This document shows positions 45,548-54,040 of a stretch of DNA of 64,000 bases, piece by piece (position 1 is the first letter of the stretch; every line of letters begins with the position of its first letter). A program made the position numbers and the translations under genes. The DNA is from Bacteroidota bacterium. GTDB taxonomy: Bacteria; Bacteroidota; Rhodothermia; Rhodothermales; JANQRZ01. Location of the stretch: positions 6,553 to 70,552 of the forward strand of contig JBCDKT010000012.1 in assembly GCA_038746285.1 (NCBI GenBank). The letters are read 5' to 3'. The notes below the pieces were generated by a model that had not been told where the DNA came from, made no database searches, and worked only from the letters and a program-made list of their open reading frames with translations.

Positions 45548-47830
45548 ATGCTTCGCCTCCGCACCGCCCTCTGGCTACTCGCCCTTCTCTTTCCCCTCGC
45601 CGCCGCTGCGCAGCCGCGCACCGGCACCCTCAAAGGCACCGTCGCCGACGCCGCCACGCAGGAGCCGCTCGCGGGCGTCAACGTCGTCGTTGCCGACCTC
45701 GGGATCGGCGCGGCGACCGACGCCGACGGGGCATTTTCGATTCCCGGCGTGCCCGTCGGGACGCACCGCATCGAGGTCCGCTACCTCGGCTACGAGCCGG
45801 TCCTGCGGACGGACCTCATCGTGCAGCCAGGGCGGTCGACGGTCGTGACGGTCGAACTCCGCGAGGCGGTGCTCGAAGGCGACGCCGTGACGGTGCAGGC
45901 GGACTACTTCGGGCGGGGGGCGGATCCGACGAGCGTCGCGGCCTTCTCGGCCGAGGAGATCCGGCGCGCGCCCGGCTCGGGGCGCGAGATCGCCCGCGTG
46001 CTGAGCGCGCTCCCCGGCGTCGCCGCCCGCGGCGAGACGAGCCAGGACCTCTTCGTCCGCGGCGGCAGCCCGGCCGAGAACGGGTTCTACGTCGACGGCA
46101 TCTTCGTCCCCGGCGTCCAGCACTTCCAGACCGGCGACGGCTCGTCGTTCGGCCCGACCGGCATCCTCAACACCGAGTTCATCGACCGGATCGCGTTCTC
46201 GACCGGCGGCTTCTCGGCGGCCTACGGCGGCTACACCTCGTCGGTGAGCGACATCCGCTACCGCGACGGGGCTGAGCAGTTCACGGGCGAGGTCGGCGTG
46301 GACTTCACCGGCGGCACCGGGATCGTCGAAGGCGGGCTGCCGGGCGGACGCGGCTCGTGGTTCGTCTCAGGGCGGCGGAGCTACCTCGACGTGATCGCCG
46401 GGGCCATCGACGCGGGCGGGGCACCGAGCTTCGGCGACCTGCAGGGCAAGCTGGCGTGGCAACCGGGTCGCGGGCACGAGCTCACGCTCCTCAACCTCTT
46501 CGGGACGAGCCGCTTCGAGCAGACGGCCGAGGACGCGGTCGAGGACGGCGCGGCGGACTTCGTCGACGCGCAGAACACGCAGAACACGGTCGGACTCGGG
46601 TGGCGGGCGCTGTGGCGCGGCGACGGGTTCACCCACACGACGGCCTCGCACTCGTTCGTCCGCCGAGGTCTCGACGTGCGCCTCGTCGACGGCGGGGCGC
46701 GCGACCTCGCCGAGGAGACACGGACGAATCATTTCAACCTCCGTTCGACGAGCCTCTGGCGCGTCGCGCCGCGCCTCCAGGCCGAGTTCGGCGGCGAGGT
46801 CTGGGTCGAGCGCGGCGCGTTCGAGCTGGAGCGCGACCCGTTCGTCGCCCGCAACGGCGAGGCGCAGCCCGGCTACCGGCGTGACGAGACGCTCACCGAC
46901 GCCCGCCCCGGCGCTTTCGCGAGCGTAACCGTGCAGCCGACCGCCCGGCTCGAAGCCACGCTCGGCCTCCGCGCCGACTACGCGTCGCTCAGCGAGACCG
47001 CGACCCTCTCGCCGCGCGCCTCGGCATCGTACCAACTCACTGACCGCCTCGCCCTGAGCGCTGCCCTCGGTGTCTACCGGCAGGCCGTCCCGCTCCTCCT
47101 CGTCTCGTTCAACGACGCCAACGAGCGCCTCGGCCCCTACCGCGCCGACCACTACATCGCCGGCGCGAGCTACCTCCTCACGCCCGACACGCGGCTCACG
47201 GTCGAGGCCTTCGCCAAGGAGTACCGCGACCTCCCGCAGTACACCCCCGGCAACCCGCAGGCCGATCCCGGCTTCGTACTCGACAGCCGAGGCGACTTCT
47301 CGGGCGCGCTTGACGCGGGCGGGCGGGCGTGGGCGCGCGGGGTGGACGTGCTCCTCCAGAAGAAGCTCGCCGAGAATTTCTACGGCCTCGCCAGCGCCTC
47401 GTACTTCCGCTCGCGCTACCGCGACGCGGACGGCGCGTGGCGCAACCGAGACTTCGACGCCCGCCTCCTCTTCAGCGTCGTCGGCGGCTACAAGCCCAAC
47501 GACCGGTGGGAGGTCAGCGCCCGCTGGAGCTACCTCGGCGACCGCCCCTTCACGCCCATCGACGCGGCCGCCTCGGCCTCGCTCGACGAGGAGGTCCTCG
47601 ACGTGGCGCGGTTCAACGAGGAGCGGCTCCCGGCCTTCCACTCGCTCTTCCTCCGCGTCGACCGGCGGTTCTTCTTTCCGCGCTCCAGCCTCGTCACGTT
47701 TGTGAGCCTGTGGAACGCCTACAACCGCACGAACGTCGAGGGCGTCTTCTGGAACGTCACCGAGCGCCTCGTGGAGGAGCAGGCGCAGTTCTCGCTCCTG
47801 CCCATCATCGGGTTCGAGTACGAGTTCTGA
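45548..47830 (+). CDS. TonB-dependent receptor with carboxypeptidase-regulatory-like N-domain
   Basis: Signal peptide, GTLKGTVADAATQEPLAGVNVVV...GAFSIPGVPVGTHRIEVRYLGYE, a plug region, and a C-terminal ...IIGFEYEF ending in Phe. Confidence 0.85.
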   Translation: MLRLRTALWLLALLFPLAAAAQPRTGTLKGTVADAATQEPLAGVNVVVADLGIGAATDADGAFSIPGVPVGTHRIEVRYLGYEPVLRTDLIVQPGRSTVVTVELREAVLEGDAVTVQADYFGRGADPTSVAAFSAEEIRRAPGSGREIARVLSALPGVAARGETSQDLFVRGGSPAENGFYVDGIFVPGVQHFQTGDGSSFGPTGILNTEFIDRIAFSTGGFSAAYGGYTSSVSDIRYRDGAEQFTGEVGVDFTGGTGIVEGGLPGGRGSWFVSGRRSYLDVIAGAIDAGGAPSFGDLQGKLAWQPGRGHELTLLNLFGTSRFEQTAEDAVEDGAADFVDAQNTQNTVGLGWRALWRGDGFTHTTASHSFVRRGLDVRLVDGGARDLAEETRTNHFNLRSTSLWRVAPRLQAEFGGEVWVERGAFELERDPFVARNGEAQPGYRRDETLTDARPGAFASVTVQPTARLEATLGLRADYASLSETATLSPRASASYQLTDRLALSAALGVYRQAVPLLLVSFNDANERLGPYRADHYIAGASYLLTPDTRLTVEAFAKEYRDLPQYTPGNPQADPGFVLDSRGDFSGALDAGGRAWARGVDVLLQKKLAENFYGLASASYFRSRYRDADGAWRNRDFDARLLFSVVGGYKPNDRWEVSARWSYLGDRPFTPIDAAASASLDEEVLDVARFNEERLPAFHSLFLRVDRRFFFPRSSLVTFVSLWNAYNRTNVEGVFWNVTERLVEEQAQFSLLPIIGFEYEF

Positions 47831-47835
47831 TTCGC

Positions 47836-48402
47836 CTAGACGAACACCTCGATGTCCACGTCGAAGGTCACAGTGAACTGGTAGGTGCCGTCGGTGGCCC
47901 CGTCGACCTGCATCGTCAGCGTCCCCGTGAAGGTACCCTGCTGGAGAAACTCGGTGATGTCCGCGTTCTCGACGTCGAGGTCCGCCCGGCGGAGGCTCAC
48001 GTTCGTGGAGGTGATCTCCATGCTGAAGTCCGACGCGGTCGCCACGACGCGGTCGGGCGCGCCGGGCGCAGACAGCGTGAGCGTGGCCTGGCCGACCTCG
48101 ACCCTCCCGCCGAGCGGCTGGTCCATGTTGAGCTCGACCGACATCGAGCGGATCCGCGCCGAGGCCACGTCGCCCGGCCCGAAGCGGTCGTCGTTGATGA
48201 CGTCCTGCGAGGTTTCGCTCGCACTCTCGTCGACCGTACCGCCCCCCATGAGGGTCCCGACCGAGTAGGTGAAGCTGGCGCGGTGGTTAGGCGGCGTGGG
48301 CAGCGGGAACGTCTCGCCCCCGTTTCCGCCGTCTTCGGCCGTGTCACAGCCGGCCAGGGCTAGCAGTAAAAGGAGCGGAAACGAGAGGCGGAAGAGGCGC
48401 AT
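47836..48402 (-). CDS. Lipoprotein, unknown function
   Basis: Trimmed to ATG 48402. MRLFRLSFPLLLLLALAGCDT (lipobox). Convergent with the receptor gene, with a 5-nt gap. Confidence 0.7.
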   Translation of the reverse strand: MRLFRLSFPLLLLLALAGCDTAEDGGNGGETFPLPTPPNHRASFTYSVGTLMGGGTVDESASETSQDVINDDRFGPGDVASARIRSMSVELNMDQPLGGRVEVGQATLTLSAPGAPDRVVATASDFSMEITSTNVSLRRADLDVENADITEFLQQGTFTGTLTMQVDGATDGTYQFTVTFDVDIEVFV

Positions 48403-48500
48403 GGAAGAATGGGTTGGCTGTGGGATCGTCTGCACTCACCAAGCCGAGGGCCGGGGTGCGAGAGTAACAAAGGTACCACCTGCCGCGATGGCCTGGCTGG

Positions 48501-49019
48501 CTACAAGCCGAGGACGACGTGGACCGGCACGCCCGGCGGAAGCTGCGCTCGTCCGCCCAGCGCGGCGAGCTCGATCAGGAACGAGAACCCGACGACCTGT
48601 GCGCCGGTCTGCGCCGCGAGGCGAGCGGCGGCGGCGGCCGTTCCCCCTGTCGCCACCAGGTCGTCGTGGACCAGAACACGGGCTTCTGGCCCGAGCGCGT
48701 CGGCCTGGATTTCGACGGTGTCGGTGCCGTATTCGAGCACGTACGTTTCGCTCAGAACCTCGCCCGGCAGTTTGCCCGGCTTGCGCGCCGGCACGAACCC
48801 GGCCCGGAGCCGCTCCGCGAGCGCGGTCCCGAACCAGAACCCCCGCGCCTCGATCCCGACGACGTGCGTCACCTCCCCCACGCTGAACGGCTCCGCGAGC
48901 GCGTCGACCGCTGCGCGGTAGAGGTCGGGGTCGCCCAAGATTGGGGCGATGTCCTTGAACTGGATGCCGGCGGTGGGAAAGTCCGGGATCGTGCGGAGCG
49001 CGCGGCGGAGAGCGTCCAT
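48501..49019 (-). CDS. apt: Adenine phosphoribosyltransferase
   Basis: IPDFPTAGIQFKDI and PRPP motif VLVHDDLVATGGTA. Only the last 172 codons of ORF 48501..50246 are credible. Confidence 0.9.
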   Translation of the reverse strand: MDALRRALRTIPDFPTAGIQFKDIAPILGDPDLYRAAVDALAEPFSVGEVTHVVGIEARGFWFGTALAERLRAGFVPARKPGKLPGEVLSETYVLEYGTDTVEIQADALGPEARVLVHDDLVATGGTAAAAARLAAQTGAQVVGFSFLIELAALGGRAQLPPGVPVHVVLGL

Positions 49020-49027
49020 CGGTAGGG

Positions 49028-50188
49028 TCAGTTGATCGAGTAGTGGACGCCGCGCTCGTACTGCTCCTTGTAGTCGCGGATCGAGCGGAAGATGGCGCTG
49101 GCGAGGAGGTCCTGGCCGCGCTCGCTGCGGAGGAAGCGCGCCTCGGCCTGGTTGGTGAGGAAGCCGAGCTCGACGAGGACCGCCGGCATTGAGGCCCCCC
49201 AGAGGACGAGGAAGCCCGCCTGCTTGACGCCGCGCGAGAACCGGTCGGCCCGGTGCTCGAACTGGCCCTCGATGAGCGAGGCCAGGCGCTCGCTCTCGCG
49301 CTGGTACGCCGTCGTGGCGAGCATCTGCATGACGCGGTCCGCGTCGTCGAAGCCGGCGTAGAGGTCGGGGTCGCTTTCGAGCTTGACGACGCCGTTCTCG
49401 CGCTCCATCACGCGCCGCGCCGACTCGCTGCGGTGCAGGCCGAGGAAGAAGGTCTCGGTGCCCTGGGCGCGGCGGTTGCGCGCGGCGTTGGCGTGGACCG
49501 AGACGAAGAGCTTGCCGCATGACTCGTTGGCGATCCGCCCGCGCTCGTGGAGCTCGATGAACGTGTCGTCGTCGCGGGTGTAGACCACGTCGATGCCGAG
49601 CCGGTCCTCGACGTAGGCCCCGACCTTGCGCGTGACCGCGAGGGCGATGTCCTTCTCGCGCAGCCCGTTGGCGACGGCACCGGGGTCCTTGCCGCCGTGG
49701 CCCGCGTCGAGCACGATGCAGTCGAAGGCCCAGTGCTCGCGGCTGGCGTTGTCCGCGCCGCCCTCGCCGCGGGCCACCGGGACCGGCTCGTAGAGCATCC
49801 CGAGGAGGAGGTCGTCGGAGTCGCGGTCCGGGTAGGCCGAGGCCGCCACCGGCTGGCCTGGGTCGATCTGGAACGCGAGGACGATGCGGTCGTCGCTCGG
49901 CGTGACGGTGTAGCGCTGGACCGGGCCGCTGGCCTCGCCGCGCCGCAGGCCGGGTTCGAGGCGGGCGTTGTAGAGCGTGAGCGTGACCTCGGTCGCCGAC
50001 TGGTCGAGGCTGTGGCCTTGCACCCTGCCGGTGGTGTGGACGCGGACGACGTAGCCCTTGCCGTCGGAGCGCTCGGTGAACGAGATGCGCGTGATGCCGG
50101 AGGAGGCGGGGGCCGCCAGGGCTGCCAGCGGCAGCAGGAAGAGCGCCAGCAGGAGGCCGGCGGGCGTGAGGAGAGGGAGCCGCTGCAT
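49028..50188 (-). CDS. N-acetylmuramoyl-L-alanine amidase (Amidase_3 with AMIN-like N-domain)
   Basis: Signal peptide, IVLDAGHGGKDPGA, FVSVHANA and VLVELGFLTN. Confidence 0.85.
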   Translation of the reverse strand: MQRLPLLTPAGLLLALFLLPLAALAAPASSGITRISFTERSDGKGYVVRVHTTGRVQGHSLDQSATEVTLTLYNARLEPGLRRGEASGPVQRYTVTPSDDRIVLAFQIDPGQPVAASAYPDRDSDDLLLGMLYEPVPVARGEGGADNASREHWAFDCIVLDAGHGGKDPGAVANGLREKDIALAVTRKVGAYVEDRLGIDVVYTRDDDTFIELHERGRIANESCGKLFVSVHANAARNRRAQGTETFFLGLHRSESARRVMERENGVVKLESDPDLYAGFDDADRVMQMLATTAYQRESERLASLIEGQFEHRADRFSRGVKQAGFLVLWGASMPAVLVELGFLTNQAEARFLRSERGQDLLASAIFRSIRDYKEQYERGVHYSIN

Positions 50189-50423
50189 GGCGGGGCGGAG
50201 TCAGGTGGCGGGGACGCTGCGTGCGCGCACGCAGACGCTCGAACACCGTGCCGAACCGGCTGGCATCGGGGCACGCGTGGCGTTCTCGCTCAGATGGGCT
50301 CGCCTGCCGTCGCAGGTGCCGGGTGTCCCTCTCCAGAGACCCGGTCGGAACGAACGGTCGGCAGGCGGTTCGTACCTAAAGTAAAGCATTAAGTACAGCA
50401 TTTCAAGCCTCGCCCGAAATGCC

Positions 50424-50452
50424 GTAGGGGCGACGCACTGCGCCGCCCCTAC
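50424..50452 (-). terminator. Hairpin downstream of the ECF operon (GTAGGGGCG family)
   Basis: GTAGGGGCG (50424-50432) / CGCCCCTAC (50444-50452) with an 11-nt loop, 28 nt past the stop at 50480. There is no strong T-run. Confidence 0.45.
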
Positions 50453-50479
50453 CGCCGAACCTGCCGTGGCAGCGTCCCG

Positions 50480-51184
50480 CTACCAGTCTAGCTCGTCGCG
50501 CTCGCCAAGCAGTTCTTGCCTGCGGCGCTCGATGATGTCGCGCCGGGCCTCGCCGCGCTCGGCGGTCTCGGCTTCGAGTTCAGCGCGCTGGGCGCGGAGG
50601 CGTTCGGCTTCGGCCTCCAGGCGCTCGATCCGCTCCTGGCGGGCCTGCTGCTTGAGGTCGAACGTGCGGCCGAGCGTCTGGCGAAGCTCGTCGGCCAGAG
50701 TGTCCCGCGCCTCGTCACCCTCGGCGCGGCGCAGTTGGCGGGCGAGGGCGCGGCTCTCGCGCTCGCCGTCGGCGATGGCGCGCCGCGTCTCCGGGTCCAC
50801 GCCGCGCATCCCGAAGCCGGGCAGCCCGGGCAGCAGGTCAGCGCCGCGCCTGTCGAGGCCTCGCGCTCTGTCGCCGGCCTGGGCGCGGAACAGCCTACGG
50901 ACGGAGGCCTCGTCGTCCAGGCCGAGGTCCTCGAACGCCGATGATCGGTCGCCGGGGCGGGCGCGGAAGGCGAAGGCGCGCGGCCGGTCGCGTTCGACCT
51001 CGAGGGGGCCGTTCTTGGAGCGGACGCGGAGTGGCGCGTCCTCGTCGAGCGTGAACCGCTCGGTGGTGCCGTCGGGCAGGGTGAGGACGACGTCGGAGCC
51101 GTCGCGCTCGATCGTGAGGCCTTGTGCCGCGGCGGGCACGGCCAGGCCGGCGCAGAGCGCCAGCAGCAGTAGGGTATGTCGCAT
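50480..51184 (-). CDS. Periplasmic helical protein (paralogue of 51287..51967)
   Basis: Trimmed to ATG 51184. Signal peptide MRHTLLLLALCAGLAVPAAAQG. C-terminus ...ALARQLRRAEGDEARDTLADELRQTLGRTFDLKQQARQERIERLE. Confidence 0.7.
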   Translation of the reverse strand: MRHTLLLLALCAGLAVPAAAQGLTIERDGSDVVLTLPDGTTERFTLDEDAPLRVRSKNGPLEVERDRPRAFAFRARPGDRSSAFEDLGLDDEASVRRLFRAQAGDRARGLDRRGADLLPGLPGFGMRGVDPETRRAIADGERESRALARQLRRAEGDEARDTLADELRQTLGRTFDLKQQARQERIERLEAEAERLRAQRAELEAETAERGEARRDIIERRRQELLGERDELDW

Positions 51185-51286
51185 GGTTGGAGAGCGTTGG
51201 TGAGTGGAATCAGTGGACGGCGGCTTGCGCCACCGCTGCACCCTCCGATTCACTGCCCGCAGCGGGGAGACCTACTGGGGAGAAGC

Positions 51287-51967
51287 CTACCGGCCGGTCA
51301 ACTCGCCCATCCGGTGCTGGATGACCTGGTCGCGCATCGCCTCGCGCTTGCGGAGCTGCTGGCGCAGCGCCTCGAGCACATCCTCGACCTGCCGGATTTC
51401 TTCGCGCCGGTTCTCCTGCTTCAGTTCGAACATGGCGTCGAGCTTCTCGCGGAGCTGAGCCCGCAGCGCCGCCGCATTGGCAGGGTTCTGCCGCAGTTGC
51501 CGGGCGAGGCGGAGCGCTTCCCCCTCCATCTCGCGCTCGCGGACGAGGCGCTCGTAGAGGGCACCGTCGCGCTCGGAAAGCTCGCGGAGGTACGCCCGCT
51601 CGGCCTGCTCGGCGGCAGACTGCCCAAGCGTCTCGGGCTGCGCCAGGCCGAACGCCTGCTGCCCCATGTCGGCCTGGTCGAGCCGGACGAGGCGGTTGTC
51701 TTCGAGCGTGTAGAGCTGCCCGTCCAGGCCAATCGCCGGGGCAACGGGGCCGCTGTACTCGAACGACATCGACATGCCCTCGATGTCGAGGTACTCAGGA
51801 ACGGCATCCTCGGGAAGCAGGGTCCCGTCGTGGTAGACGCGCCCGTCGCGGATGTCGAGCCGGTGGACGCCGACGCCCGCCCCGGCGCTGCGGGACGCGG
51901 TCGGGACCTGGGCCGCGACGGGGAGCGTGCAGAGGGCGAGGCCGAGCAAGCAGGCGGAGCGGAGCAT
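51287..51967 (-). CDS. Periplasmic helical protein (paralogue of 50480..51184)
   Basis: Trimmed to ATG 51967. Signal peptide MLRSACLLGLALCTLPVAAQ. C-terminus ...LRLARQLRQNPANAAALRAQLREKLDAMFELKQENRREEIRQVE. Confidence 0.7.
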   Translation of the reverse strand: MLRSACLLGLALCTLPVAAQVPTASRSAGAGVGVHRLDIRDGRVYHDGTLLPEDAVPEYLDIEGMSMSFEYSGPVAPAIGLDGQLYTLEDNRLVRLDQADMGQQAFGLAQPETLGQSAAEQAERAYLRELSERDGALYERLVREREMEGEALRLARQLRQNPANAAALRAQLREKLDAMFELKQENRREEIRQVEDVLEALRQQLRKREAMRDQVIQHRMGELTGR

Positions 51968-52010
51968 CGTGGTTCGTGGGAGAGAGTCGGCGGAAACGGC
52001 TACCAAACGG

Positions 52011-53243
52011 CTATCGGTCGACGCGCACCTGCATCCAGCCGGAGCGAGCGGCGGGGGTCGAGTCCGGCGGGGCGCCGAGCGAGACGGGGGCTCCGTCCCA
52101 GGCGACGCCTACTTGCGCGGCCTGCATCTCCTGCAGGCGGAGGTAGAGCATGCGGAGTTCCTGGTCTCCGTCCGCGAGCGGCAGTGCACCGGCGCGGTCC
52201 TCGTCGGCTTCGAGGGCGGAGGCAAGATCGGCGGCGCCCCCCTCGGCGGCGACCTCCTCGGCCAAGGCGAGTCGGCGCTCGGCGACGGTGCTGAAGCCAG
52301 CGGTGGGCGGCGGAGCCGATGCCACCTGCTGACGGGCCTGCGACGCGCCGGTCCGCGCGGCACGGGGCGGCTCTGCCGAGGCAATGGGCTCGGCGGCGGC
52401 CGGCGGTGCAGACGCCGCGGGGGCAGCATCGGCGACGGCACCAGATACGGGTCCAGCCTCCTGCTCTGCGGCTTCCGTCTCTTCCGCGATGACCGGAGCC
52501 TCGGCCCGTTCTGCGAGTGGCGGGGCCAGCGCGTCTTGCACCGGCGAGGTGCCATCGGGCCAGAGCCCGATGCTGAGGGCGAGCACGAGCGCGAACGCCG
52601 CGCTGAGCCCGGCGGCGGCTCCGCGGCGAACGCCGCGGCGGGCCGGACGGTCGGCGGCGCGCCCGGCAGCGGCAGCCACCGGCGCGGTTCGAGTCGCGCG
52701 GGACGAACCGGCAGCGGCCACGACAGCGTCGACGAGGGACGGAGCCGGGCGCTGGGGCGGTAGGGCGTCCAGGCCCGCTTTCACCTCGGACAGGGCGGCG
52801 GCTTCGGCCTGCGCCGCGGGTGCGGCGAGGGCAGCAGCAGCCTCACCGTACACGGTGCGGACGGGGTCGAGCGCAGCGGTTCCGGCGGCAGCGGCCAGGA
52901 CCGCATGGAGGGTGGCTGCGTCCGGGCGCTGCGGTGGGAGGGCGTCGAGGCCCGCCTTCACCTCGGACAGGGCGGCAGCCTCGGCCTGCGCCGCGGGCGT
53001 GGCGAGGGTGCCGGGCTCTTCCTCGTAGACTGTCCGGACCGGGCCGAGCGCGTCGGCTCCGGCGGCAGCGGCCAAGACCGCATGGAGGGTGGCTGCGTCC
53101 GGGCGCTGCGGCGGTAGGGCGTCGAGGGCGGTCTTCATCTCGGCCAGCCGCGCGGACTCGGCTTCAGCAGCGGTGCCGAGGGGCGGCCCCTCGGTGCCAG
53201 GCTCGCCGTAGGCGCGCCGGATGGCGTTCAACTCGTCGTGCAT
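52011..53243 (-). CDS. Putative anti-sigma factor with triplicated cytoplasmic module
   Basis: Starts 37 nt after the ECF sigma gene. One central TM helix (GLSAAFALVLALSIGLW). The N-terminal part contains 2.6 copies of a 59-aa unit. The function is inferred from position and topology only. Confidence 0.6.
   Translation of the reverse strand: MHDELNAIRRAYGEPGTEGPPLGTAAEAESARLAEMKTALDALPPQRPDAATLHAVLAAAAGADALGPVRTVYEEEPGTLATPAAQAEAAALSEVKAGLDALPPQRPDAATLHAVLAAAAGTAALDPVRTVYGEAAAALAAPAAQAEAAALSEVKAGLDALPPQRPAPSLVDAVVAAAGSSRATRTAPVAAAAGRAADRPARRGVRRGAAAGLSAAFALVLALSIGLWPDGTSPVQDALAPPLAERAEAPVIAEETEAAEQEAGPVSGAVADAAPAASAPPAAAEPIASAEPPRAARTGASQARQQVASAPPPTAGFSTVAERRLALAEEVAAEGGAADLASALEADEDRAGALPLADGDQELRMLYLRLQEMQAAQVGVAWDGAPVSLGAPPDSTPAARSGWMQVRVDR
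52710..53174 (-). repeat. 177-bp tandem coding repeat x2.6 in the anti-sigma gene
   Basis: The protein unit AAQAEAAALSEVKAGLDALPPQRPDAATLHAVLAAAAGxxALxPVRTVY... recurs with an exact 59-aa period. The DNA blocks ...CGGGCGCTGCGG(T/C)GG(G/T)AGGGCGTCGAGG... are near-identical. Confidence 0.85.
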
Positions 53244-53279
53244 GAGGGTAGCGTTCGGGTCAGAGGCCGGGGGTGTGGG

Positions 53280-53867
53280 TTAGTTGCGGGCCGCGTCGGG
53301 GATGAGGGTCTTGCGGAGGTTGATGAGCGCGTAGCGCATCCGCCCCAGCGCGGTGTTGATCGAAACGTCGGTGATCTCGGCGATCTCGCGGAAGGTGAGC
53401 TCCGACTCGTGGCGGAGTAGAACGACCTCGCGCTGCTCCGGCGGGAGCAGCTCGATGGCCGCCCGAAGCTCTTCGACGCGACCGGCGAGGTCGAGCGTCT
53501 CGATGGCGTCGGGGCCTTCGGCGGGAAGCCGGTCAAAGAACGAGGTGCCCCCGTCGTCGCCCGCGTCCACGTCCTGCCACTTCTTGCGGCTGCGGATATG
53601 GTCGAGCGCGGCGTTGCGGGCGATGCGCATCACCCAGCCCAGCCAGCGGCCCTGCTTCTCGTAGGACCCGCGTCGCTTCTGCATCGCCGCGACCGCGCGG
53701 AGGAACGTCTCTTGGAAGAGATCGCTCGCCACCTCGCGGTCGCGGATCATCCCCACTAGGAAGCCGAAGATGCGCTCCTGGTGGCGTTCGACGAGCGTGC
53801 GGAAGGCGCGCTCATCGCCCTGGTCGATGTAGGCTGCGACGAGGTCTTCGTCGGGCAGGTGCTCCAT
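53280..53867 (-). CDS. ECF-type RNA polymerase sigma factor
   Basis: Trimmed to ATG 53867. Region 2 (ERIFGFLVGMIRDREVASDLFQETFLRA) and region 4 HTH (LTFREIAEITDVSINTALGRMRYAL). Confidence 0.9.
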   Translation of the reverse strand: MEHLPDEDLVAAYIDQGDERAFRTLVERHQERIFGFLVGMIRDREVASDLFQETFLRAVAAMQKRRGSYEKQGRWLGWVMRIARNAALDHIRSRKKWQDVDAGDDGGTSFFDRLPAEGPDAIETLDLAGRVEELRAAIELLPPEQREVVLLRHESELTFREIAEITDVSINTALGRMRYALINLRKTLIPDAARN

Positions 53868-54040
53868 GCGGCGTAGGCTAGCGGCTAGGCTGTGCGGCGC
53901 ACGCTCGGGTAACGGCGTCCGCTCCGGGGTTATTGTGCGGTGCGCCGGCCGCCCCGTCGGCGACCGGACGGAAAAGATACTCTCACCCGGCTTGCCCGTA
54001 TACTTCGGCCCCGGCACCACTCCCTTTCGACCGCTTTGCT

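Noticed and set aside
49020-50246. Upstream 409 codons of ORF 48501..50246.
   Set aside because: This is an alternative frame of the amidase gene. Only the apt part (from ATG 49019) has family motifs.
50349-50374. Third locus with CCGTTCGT-like words (AACGAACGG ... CGGTTCGTA) upstream of the amidase operon.
   Set aside because: The matches are only 8/9 and 7/9. The words are inverted rather than direct and are not 21-bp phased. This is not strong enough to call a LytTR site.
53868-54040. ECF-type promoter (GGAAC-N16-CGTC-like) upstream of the sigma factor gene.
   Set aside because: I could not find a convincing -35/-10 pair on the minus strand, so no promoter was called.
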